Positions 9,729 through 18,614 of a stretch of 18,614 bases of DNA are shown in pieces; the first letter of the stretch is position 1, and each line of letters starts with the position of its first letter. The notes beneath the pieces were generated by a model that saw nothing but the letters and a program-made list of their open reading frames with translations, was not told the DNA's origin and made no database searches. The DNA comes from Tubiluchus corallicola (taxonomy: Eukaryota > Animalia > Priapulida): the NCBI GenBank assembly GCA_030141605.1, contig JAQGDQ010001986.1, positions 1 through 18,614 of the forward strand. The letters run 5' to 3'. A program made the position numbers and the translations under genes.

Positions 9729-11277
9729 CTAATCACAGCAGGGATGGTTCTAACTTATTAGGCATAAAAACGTGCCAGTTAAATAGGTCATCAATAACAC
9801 AGCATTCTTGCCTACCTGACTTTGAGTTTTGCGTTATGACAGTGCACGGTAAAGACTGCCAATTCAGAAACGAAATTTGCCCATCACTGCTTGTGTGTAT
9901 TTGACAAGTAGTTTAGGTTCTGCATCTTACAGAATCTTATTGGAAATCGCACTCAGTCATTTATTTTTTTATTATTCACTTTAATCACTTAATACATTGA
10001 AGCACGTGCCTTCCTTAGTTTTTGTTCAATACAGTTATAAAATTCCATTTATCTATAACATAGGCAAGGCTCAAAATCAAAACATTCTACAGATTTACAT
10101 TTTGCATCAAATATTATGCGTTTTGCATTCAATAGATCCAGCTCTGTGTTACATAACTGCGAGAATGTTTGCAGGAAGTTTCGGCAACAACTTGTTTCAC
10201 TACACCTTGCTGTATGGTTAAGCAAAGGGAAAATAATCTGACAGCAACTGTTACACTTTCTGGAAAGTTTAGAATGTATAGTATATTTCCTAATTCGTCG
10301 TAATGTTCAGTACTGTCGTGGGATTTACGATGCACGTTTGTCTCAAATATGGTGCAACGTTTTTTCCAAATGCTCATAATTTAACCGAAAAACATAATAA
10401 ACATGATAAGACAAACATTTCTTATAGGAATATCAGCTTAAAAGGACATTTGGCTTGATAAAAATTCCTCGCTCATTGGAAAGAAGAGATAAGGAAACTA
10501 TTTCAATTCAGTAATGAAACCAAAGCCTTGGCACATAAGATTCTTACGTGAAGCTAAACAGCTACAATTTATCAGACAAGATAAAGTCTAGAGCAGCTCT
10601 TGTCTCGAATCTCTGCAAGTACGCAGAGATGATGTGTCAGACGAAAATAAAACGCACCTAACTGCAGCAGCACCAGTGTATATAGCAAAAGCCATTTTCC
10701 ACAGGAGGAAAGAGTATCTTGGAAAGTAATTTATGTAGTGATAGGCCAGAACAAGGTGTGGAATAATGGCAAATAATAATAAACTTCATTTGCCAATAAA
10801 ATCGACATTCACAAGCTTAAAAGGTACAAGAACATGGCAGTACTTCCAGTGCAAAGTAAAACCACTGTGCCCAGAAATTAAAAAAAAAGAATATGTATTA
10901 GAATGTTATATGCAAATTATAATACAAAGTATTTACGATATATAGGGTAAAATAGGCTAATGTGGAAAAATAGCTTTTTTCAGATTTCTATATATATTTT
11001 TACAATTATATTGGAATAATGCCTGATTAAGCTATGCTGTTAAGGAATCATGCTGACATGAGCTGTTGCTAGATTTACATAGGTCAAAATTATCGTGGTG
11101 TCCTCAGCCAAGCTTGACAGTACGGTATAGTACGATAGAAGTACTGAACTTCGTACATCTATAAAACCGTGCAATAATTCCGTTCCAACTGCATGTAGGA
11201 GCGACAGTAGGAGGTGTGTAATAATGAATTGCAAAATCGATAAATTTATGAATCCCACACCATTTATCTATTATTAA
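9729..11277 (+). pseudogene. Alpha-1,2-fucosyltransferase (CAZy GT11, FUT1/FUT2-like) unprocessed pseudogene
   Basis: GT11 motifs in the correct order across stops and frameshifts: GSFGNNLFHYTLLYG*AK from 10174 (cf. GRLGNQMFxYAxLYGLAK); NISLKGHLA**KFLAHWKEEIRKLFQF (~10429-10509); SLQVRRDD to 10633 (cf. HVRRGD); YIAKAI; VIYVVIGQNKVW 10726-10761 (cf. FVVxSDDxxW); PD*AML (~11022-11040); SKLSW (cf. STFSWW); stop 11275-11277. Phase-compatible splice sites: exon 9729-9848, acceptor 10134-10135, donor 10824, acceptor 10982-10983. Confidence 0.8.
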
Positions 11278-11969
11278 ATTTCATACCATTTAGTTTGAAA
11301 TTTCGTACTATTTATCTTAGATTACAAAAGTTACATAATTATGCAACAGATATAAATTTGTATTAAGCTACTTTTTACTGAATTAATAACTTTGTGGTAG
11401 ACACATTGTGCTAAGCCTTTAAACAAGATTTAAGATGTTGTCTTAAATTGCCTGCTCACTAGTGACAAACATTTAATATAATTATAACACAACACTACTT
11501 ACTACTACGACACTTTTACAGAAAAACATAGAACGCATTTAAGGTAACAATCCAGCATAACTCAAGTAACAATCTAGCATAATCTGCCTGCAGGTAACGT
11601 AACTGTATACATAAAAATACACAAAAACTATAACTTCTTTAGATACGAAACCAGTGGTTAGAGTGTTAGGCCTGCATGTTAAATTTGTCGGCTAAGCATT
11701 TACTTACTCAGGCAATAGGCAGTTATTAAATCGTTGCTCTTTTGCATTGATCGGCAAAGTTCTCAACAGTCCTCAATAACGATATACATTTTGAAATGTT
11801 CTTATTTAAATACAAATGTTTCTACAAAGCTTGAGATGTGCAGTACATTCCTATAAAAGAGTCAGAAATAGCGGTTAAAATATTGTCCTTACATAATAGA
11901 TGTCAAGCTTGGACCATAGTAACGTTACAGCTGATTCCAACATTGAAGCTCAGATTTGACGAAGATTAA

Positions 11970-11995
11970 CACAACGGGATGTCACAACGGGATGT
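11970..11995. repeat. Perfect 13-bp tandem duplication CACAACGGGATGT x2
   Basis: Read directly: 11970-11982 and 11983-11995 are identical. Confidence 0.95.
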
Positions 11996-12586
11996 AACCA
12001 ATTCTTTTCAGTTCATTTAAAGAAATAACTGCATTGAATGAGAGTGAAATGGCTGAACAAAGTTAATATTACGCTTCTTATAATTTGTTCCAGGCCCCAT
12101 TTACGTTTTTGTGCCTGTAGTATTTGGATGATTGGTTTAATTATTTTCACTCTCTAGATTGGTTTCATTTGCATCGTGCTGACTGGAGACTCACAGTTTC
12201 TTATTTCAGAATCTCTTCTTTATCTCGTCCTGTTCACTGTCGCGCTGACAACTACATACACAATTTATCATGTATCGCAATGATTTGTAAGCTGCAAAAT
12301 TCTTAGACCAAGCAATGACTTTTGTCAACTGCCACATAATTTTTATAACCATACGAAAACAATACTAAAATTACAATCTCTGAGAAAAATTTTTGTCTGC
12401 TAAAACTTTCATTGAAGTAGCTCTGTCAGAGGGAATTTGGATGTCAGATAATTGAAAGTATTGGCGACCCTTAAAAGTTTGTAAGTGTTGGTGATTCTTT
12501 CAGGATTCCGTTTATTAGTGGCCATTGCCGAACGCATATTATTATTTTTAGCTGAGGGTGGCCCTGACAAGATACGTGACATGTGG

Positions 12587-12835
12587 TGTCACGATGTCTG
12601 TGTAATGTTTAATTAGTATATCTTTGTTTCCTGATTTTATATCTCTGATTTAAGGACTACATAGCATGATAATACGGGGTGTAACTCTCCTTTCAAAGTA
12701 GGTTAGCTCGGATCAGTAATCTGTACTGTCTGTTCGTGTTGTCATTTTTGTTAAATATAACTTCTGAAATATTAAATGTATTGGATATTTCATTGTGTTA
12801 AAGATTCTACGATCATCTTCAACAGACATACGACA
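12587..12835 (+). mobile_element. Solo LTR (249 bp) inserted in the minus-strand pseudogene
   Basis: Begins TGTCACG and ends TACGACA (TGTC..GACA termini). ATTAAA ~60 bp before the end. Flanked by ATGTGG (12581-12586) and GTGTGG (12836-12841). Excision joins a long open frame on the minus strand. Confidence 0.7.
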
Positions 12836-13659
12836 GTGTGGCTATTTGTACATGTGAGATACTCGAATGGAGTAACCGGACCTTTAACACCTTGCTATAT
12901 CCTAAAAGAAAATTTAAAAATGTATGCCCTATATCCATTTATATATATTAAAAAGAAAATTAAAAAAACGTTTATGTCGGAGTTGCCAGTGCTATAGCGA
13001 CAAGAAACATCGATGCACCAAAAAATTTGGAAAGAAATGCCCACTTACACTGCAAATCTAACGCAAAACAACAATTAACTTACAAATTCTGTGTAATCCA
13101 CTTTAATTTCTCTCCAAGAAAATATTCCAAAACGTAATCCGAATTTGCACAATAATCATCCCAAATAATTTTGATTTTGGATTATTCCAGTTTCTTAACC
13201 CCGAACTGTTTCGATTTCACTGACACTTTGTCGAGTTTCACAAATTGACAAACATTTTCTTTCCTGCGTTGTAATCGCATAATGTCAAACACAGTATTCA
13301 GAAATCATTCCAGACGAGTAGGATAGCCTGCCGACTAATCCTGGGCATGATCTTCCAGGTTTTACTAAAATGACAGTAGCATTGTAGTATCATAAATATA
13401 GTATGGACGTTTTCTGTTTCTTTATTAATAGGATAAACAGTTTATATTCACTTGACTAACAGAAAATCCCACAGTAACACAATAAAGGAGAAGACAACTT
13501 TCATTTGCAAGTGAGTCGAATGAAAAACAGCTTACACAATAAATGTAAAATGAATTCTGGAAAGTGGAGCTATTTACTCATGCTAATGGATAATTAGAAT
13601 ATTTGCACGCCAGGTGTCTGCGAAACTTTTGGTTACGAAAATCTGCAAGAGTTGTTACG

Positions 13660-13931
13660 CACGTCTGCATAATCCGCGGAATCTGAAACGAAGAGGCTGA
13701 TTTTAGGTCTGGAAATCCGCACTATCCGAAAGAGCGGTTTAGATAAGCAACGGTGAAGAATTTTTATGCAATATGGCGGGTAGTGAGTAACTAGTTTTGC
13801 ATGTTTTTTGTTTGCGCACTGCAAAGAAAACTCGAATAAGCTTTCATAAAACTTAATACTCCAGCTTTGAAGCCGAAACCGCAAATAGTAGCCAAGAAAC
13901 AATTTGGACCGCGGAAACAGTGCAGACTCTG
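13660..13931. mobile_element. Possible MITE / non-autonomous DNA transposon
   Basis: CpG-rich 270-bp island with imperfect inverted ends: GTCTGCA..TCCGCGG (13663-13679) vs CCGCGGA..TGCAGAC (13909-13927). No convincing TSD. Confidence 0.35.
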
Positions 13932-15412
13932 TTGCATTTATGACCTTTGATAGATTGGTACATTTATGAATTTTATGGCTAGGGTTTTTTGAACGTCATA
14001 CTAGTTCGTAAGCATCACAATTTTTCGCTCAGTCCAACATTCAATGGCGTAACTACCTTGTTTCGTGTATTCATCACATCACAAGCCATTTCTCAAACCC
14101 AGCGAGAGAAGTATTGTCTTGGAAGTAGGACCAAGAATTCTAATGATTTGTTATAATTTATCATCCTTGACTAGATTACCAAGCATTTAGCAAAAAAGTG
14201 TGTAATAGAGCCCTGGGGCACCCCAGTAGTGACGGACAAAGAATCTGATGAGGCACCTTCCATAACTACTTGTTGACTACAACGAGGTAAATAAGAAGCT
14301 AGTAAGGAACCACTGATGCCAAGCTGGGATAATTTGACTATAACACCTTTGTGCCATTCCTTGTCAAAAGCTTTATTTACATCGAGAAAAACTGTCCGTA
14401 CTTCATACCCGCGCCTAGGTATTTTGTGGACAATAGATACCAATTGATTGATTGTACTATCTAATGGCTTGAAAACAGAATTACACTCATTTAATCTAAC
14501 AAGATAATTATAAAGTTCTTTATACACAATCCGCTCCAAGATTTTAGAAACATAGGAAAGTAGACAAATTGGCCTATAATTAGTAACCAGTTCTCTATCA
14601 CGTTTTTAAATACCGGACTAACATTTGCTGTTTTCCATACTGACAGAAACATTCCATTGTTAACAGACATTTTAAATAATAACGTTAAAGGCCCAGAAAA
14701 CGACTGAGAACATTTCAAAACAATATTACTTATGCGATCGGGACCTGTTGATTTGCCGACTTCTAGACATTTCAAGAAATTACTAACTATATGCTTAGAG
14801 AGGTCAACAGTTGACAAAACACTATCAGTGACCAAAGAGAAAGAAGGAAGTACGACATTACCGCAAAAAATTTGTTAAATATGCTACATTTGAGCTTGAT
14901 ATCAGCTATAATACAGTTGTTAACTTTAAATGGTGGAATAACAAAGTCATGTTTGCTTTTATAAAATGATTTGACGCTGTGCCATCAGGCCTTGGGGCAG
15001 GTTTGTGAATCGAGTAATTTAGTATTTAGTTTCTTCATAAAATCAGATTTAGCTTTTTTTAGAGAATTATTATAAGTGTTCCAGCATGGTTTACATTTCT
15101 CCCAAGATTCAGCAGTTTGATGCAGTTTGTAGTATTTATGTGATTTTTCTTTAGCTTTTCTTAATTTTCTAGCTGTTCATCCACAACTTGTCCCAAGGCC
15201 GAATCTTTACAGTTCTATGTGACACATAGTCATCTATCAAATTTGACAAATTAGTAATAAAATTAGCACAAACAGAATCAACAGTTTCGTTTGCAAAAAG
15301 CAAATTCCAATCAGTAGCATAAATAGCTTGATAAAAACCACACCAGTCTATTGTCGATTTTTCTTTGGTAGAATGCTACATTTGGAAGATTTATATGCAT
15401 TTTACCATAAAT

Positions 15413-15515
15413 ATAGTTATGATCAGCTATATATAGGTGACATGAATAGCTATGATCAGCTGTATACATAGGTGACATGATTAGTTATGATCAGCTGTAT
15501 ATATAGGTCACATGA
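15413..15515. repeat. Three tandem copies of a 33-35 bp unit inside the CR1 endonuclease
   Basis: Units 15413-15445, 15446-15480 and 15481-15515, consensus ATAGTTATGATCAGCT(GT)ATATATAGGTGACATGA. Confidence 0.95.
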
Positions 15516-16132
15516 CCCATTCCCTATTATTAAACCTGTAGCTTCACTTAAAATAAGGTCAATCAAAGAGCTAGACACGGGTAGGATGTGTTACTAACTG
15601 TGAAAGTTGATTCTGAACAGTAAATGCATATATATAATTTGGAACCAAAACGATTTTCCCATCAGGAGGGTACCATACTCCACACTTGGCGTTAAATATA
15701 TATGATTGCATAGCGAACATTTGATAAGCTGCTAATTAGCATGTCGTGAGACATTTGTAACTGATTTATAAACTCATCCTCGGTAGGAGCATCTTGAGTA
15801 AGAAACCGGCAACAGACACACATATATAAAATTATATTTGTAAGACTAATATCAAACTACACGAATTCAATGTTAGTGATAAAACAAGAGCCATTCTTGG
15901 TGTGAAAAGTATATCAACCGAGGCGTAAAAAGCTACCCCCCTCCCAAGCCATTACGATCTTTACCAATAATATATCCGAGGTATTAACTGAAGGGCATAA
16001 CCACGTTTCAGTAAACGCTAAAACATCAAATTGGTTTTCATTTGAAATTGACTTCAATTCGTCGAGTTTGAAGGATTCATTGTTAGCTAACAAACTTCTA
16101 CTAGCATGGAAAAAAGAAAAATACTTCTTTAA

Positions 16133-16163
16133 AGGGCCGAGATTATAATGGATATATATCACC
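16133..16163 (-). other. Degenerate 2A-like (StopGo) motif GDIHYN(P>L)GP upstream of the APE domain
   Basis: Minus strand GGT GAT [ATAT] ATC CAT TAT AAT CTC GGC CCT. Removing the 4-nt TA-repeat expansion gives GDIHYNLGP, preceded by a hydrophobic run and located just before the first endonuclease motif. Confidence 0.7.
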
Positions 16164-16864
16164 AGGGTAATTATAAAAGACGTGACTACTAAAAAGAAAA
16201 TAATATTTGAAGTAAACGTTATAAATACCCTAGACAGTGGACATGTGTTATATGTATGATGGGGCTTAGTTCTAAATTCATAAAGAAAATGTGCTGCAAA
16301 TGCAAATAAACTAATAGCTGCCATATACAGCGTTAATGGTACCGGCATTTAGCTAATATGTTGGATGAGCCATAACCACCAGACACCTGGACAATGCTTA
16401 ACACTTATGCAAAAGTGGCCACATTGAAATGTACGAAGTTATAAGCAAAATGCATAGCAAGTCCAAACTAAGTGACTTCATATGCATAGCAAGTCACAGC
16501 AGAAAATTCAGTCACAAACTATATAATTATTAAGCATTGCAGTGACTCCAGTTTCAAAACAAAGAGAAGGCAAATAATAAACAGTCTTTGTCAAAAAAGA
16601 AAAAAGACTCGCAGACAAAATATGATAATGTGGAAAAACGTCAACAATCAAGGTGGAACATTTTGCTTCAAAGTGTGAGCTGTATATCAGAACCCAACAA
16701 CCGGGGCATACCGAATTAAGTAATACACACTCTGAAAAAATACAATAAATTCTCCCAGAACTACTACTATGCTGTAAGCCAAGCGTGTCGCAAACTTTAA
16801 ACTTTTATCGCGTATCAACCTTTCAAGTATCAAAATATCACATGTTAAACATGACTGTGACACT

Positions 16865-18614
16865 AGTTCAAAAAGAAGAATCAGTACTGGGCTTGGCAAG
16901 TAACTAAACACACTAACTTTACAAGTTCAAAAAAGAAGAATCAGTATTGGGCTTGGCAAGTAACTAAACACACTAACTTTACAAGTTCAAAAAAGAAGAA
17001 TCAGTATTGGGTATTGCAAGCAACTAAACGCACTAACTTTACAAGTTCAAAAAAAAGAAGAATCAGTATTGGGTATTGCAAGTAACTAAACGCACTAACT
17101 TTACAAGTTCAAAAAAGAAGAATCAGTATTGGGTATTGCAAGTAACTAAACGCACTAACTTTACAAGTTCAAAAAAGAAGAATCAGTATTGGGTATTGCA
17201 AGTAACTAAACGCACTAACTTTACAAGTTCAAAAAAGAAGAATCAGTATTGGGTATTGCAAGTAACTAAACGCACTAACTTTACAAGTTCAAAAAAGAAG
17301 AATCAGTATTGGGTATTGCAAGCAACTAAACGCACTAACTTTACAAGTTCAAAAAAAGAAGAATCAGTACTGGGCTTGGCAAGTAACTAAACACACTAGC
17401 TTCACAAGTTCAAAAAAGAAGAATCAGTATTGGGTATTGCAAGGAACTAAATACACTAGCTTCACAAGTTCAAAAAAAAGAATCAGTATTGGGTATTGCA
17501 AGCAACTAAACGCACTAACTTTACAAGTTCAAAAAAAGAAGAATCAGTACTGGGCTTGGCAAGTAACTAAACACACTAACTTTACAAGTTCAAAAAAGAA
17601 GAATCAGTACTGGGCTTGGCAAGTAACTAAATACACTAGCTTCACAAGTTCAAAAAAGAAGAATCAGTATTGGGTATTGCAAGCAACTAAACGCACTAAC
17701 TTTACAAGTTCAAAAAAGAAGAATCAGTATTGGGTATTGCAAGCAACTAAACGCACTAACTTTACAAGTTCAAAAAAAGAAGAATCAGTATTGGGTATTG
17801 CAAGTAACTAAACGCACTAACTTTACAAGTTCAAAAAAGAAGAATCAGTATTGGGTATTGCAAGCAACTAAACGCACTAACTTTACAAGTTCAAAAAAAG
17901 ACAAATCAGTATGGGGTATTGCAAGCAACCAAACGCACTAACTTTACAAGTTCAAAAAAGAAGAATCAGCACTGGGTATTGCATGTAACTAAACACACTA
18001 ACTTTACAAGTTCAAAAAAGAAGAATCAGTACTGGGCTTGGCAAGCAACTAAACGCACTAACTTTACAAGTCCAAAAAAAGAAGAATCAGTACTGGGCAT
18101 TGCAAGTAACTAAACACACTAACTTTACAAGTTCAAAAAAGAAGAATCAGTATTGGGTATTGCAAGTAACTAAACACACTAACTTTACAAGTTCAAAAAA
18201 GAAGAATCAGTATTGGGTATTGCAAGTAACTAAACGTACTAACTTTACAAGTTCAAAAAAGAAGAATCAGTATTGGGTATTGCAAGTAACTAAACGCACT
18301 AACTTTACAAGTTCAAAAAAGGAGAGTCAGTACTGGGCAGTGCAAGTAACTAAACGCACTAACTTTACAAGTTCAAAAAAGGAGAGTCGGTACTGGGCAG
18401 TGCAAGTAACTAAACACACTAACTTTACAAGTTCAAAAAAGAAGAATCGGTACTGGGCAGTGCAAGTAACTAAACACACTAACTTTACAAGTTCAAAAAA
18501 GAAGAATCAGTATTGGGTATTGCAAGCAACTAAACGCACTAACTTTACAAGTTCAAAAAAAGAAGTATCAGTATTGGGTATTGCAAGTAACTAAACACAC
18601 TAACTTTACAAGTT
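16865..18614. repeat. 60-bp minisatellite, about 29 copies, truncated by the window end
   Basis: Consensus AGTTCAAAAAAGAAGAATCAGTATTGGGTATTGCAAGTAACTAAACGCACTAACTTTACA, head-to-tail with no spacers. Length variants of 59-61 bp arise in or next to the A-run. Confidence 0.98.

Larger units (their letters stand above)
11702..13364 (-). pseudogene. Intron-containing type II membrane protein pseudogene, probably STELLO/DUF288-like glycosyltransferase
   Basis: ATG at 13348 gives MPRISRQAILLV + hydrophobic stretch + RLQRRKE (frameshifted signal anchor). Donor GTAAG at 13083 and acceptor TTTTCTTTTAG at 12902 are both phase 2. The frame is open for 76 codons once the 255-bp insertion is removed. Then FFSEIVILVLFSYGY (~12389-12345), AYKSLRYMIN, NLSFNVG..QA-DIYYV (11904-11890) and F*PLFLTLL..H..FVE, resembling the STELLO-type DIxYIP..F..L..VFxEIA pattern. 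The family call is from remembered motifs and is less sure than the pseudogene call. Confidence 0.5.
14203..16348 (-). mobile_element. CR1-clade LINE, ORF2 pseudogene from start codon through endonuclease to mid-RT (3'-truncated before the YADD box)
   Basis: N-terminus MPVPLTLYMAAISLF; APE motifs HASRSLL, KLDEL, FDVLAFTETWL, GGG, SLIDLIL, ADH; Lys-rich tether; RT motifs KSTGPDRISNIVLK, WKTANVSPVFK, NYRPICLL, ERIVY, STINQL, VFLDVNKAFDKEWHKG, GVPQGSI, after which similarity stops at ~14203. The 5' UTR may extend beyond 16348. Confidence 0.92.

Noticed and set aside
11650-11680. tRNA/SINE A-box-like CAGTGGTTAGAGTGTTAGGCCT
   Set aside because: No B box (GTTCRA) or cloverleaf follows; too short to support a tRNA or SINE call.
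12210-12286. Plus-strand exon encoding a hydrophobic segment (SLLYLVLFTVALTTTYTIY)
   Set aside because: Contains an in-frame stop and overlaps the better supported minus-strand pseudogene.
12460-12472. TGGCGACC as a retrotransposon primer-binding site
   Set aside because: No LTR end (..CA) directly upstream and no gag downstream; it lies inside the minus-strand open frame.
17076-18594. ORFs 17076..17390, 17437..17811, 17919..18113 and 18100..18594 as genes
   Set aside because: They are translations of the tandem repeat with non-ATG (TTG) starts; not called as CDS.
16865-18614. CRISPR array
   Set aside because: Head-to-tail 60-bp monomers without unique spacers, no cas genes, eukaryotic context.

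Overview
AT-rich eukaryotic (very probably invertebrate animal) genomic DNA, with no intact gene and no prokaryotic system. It is a graveyard of transposon relics and pseudogenes. In order: (1) minus-strand I-group-like LINE fragment (gag-like Zn-knuckle ORF1 joined to APE-endonuclease ORF2 by a TAATG stop/start overlap), fused head-to-head with a short plus-strand CR1/L2 fragment; (2) a decayed reading frame with tyrosine-recombinase-like motif spacing (~1570-2600); (3) ~1.9 kb of degenerate inverted ~70-120 bp units carrying CAAAATGGC motifs, probably DNA-transposon subterminal sequence; (4) a 5'-truncated BEL/Pao LTR retrotransposon (PR-RT-RNaseH-IN, PPT, 3' LTR); (5) two convergent intron-containing glycosyltransferase pseudogenes not evident from the ORF track: a GT11 alpha-1,2-fucosyltransferase (+) and a probable STELLO/DUF288-like type II membrane protein (-) interrupted by a solo LTR; (6) a possible MITE; (7) a minus-strand CR1-type LINE with a degenerate virus-like 2A motif before its endonuclease and a triplicated ADH motif; (8) a 60-bp minisatellite running off the window end. 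All assignments come from manual translation and motif recognition; no database searches were run. No convincing novel intact system was seen. The best leads are the tyrosine recombinase relic, the two recoding signals in the LINEs and the glycosyltransferase pseudogene pair.
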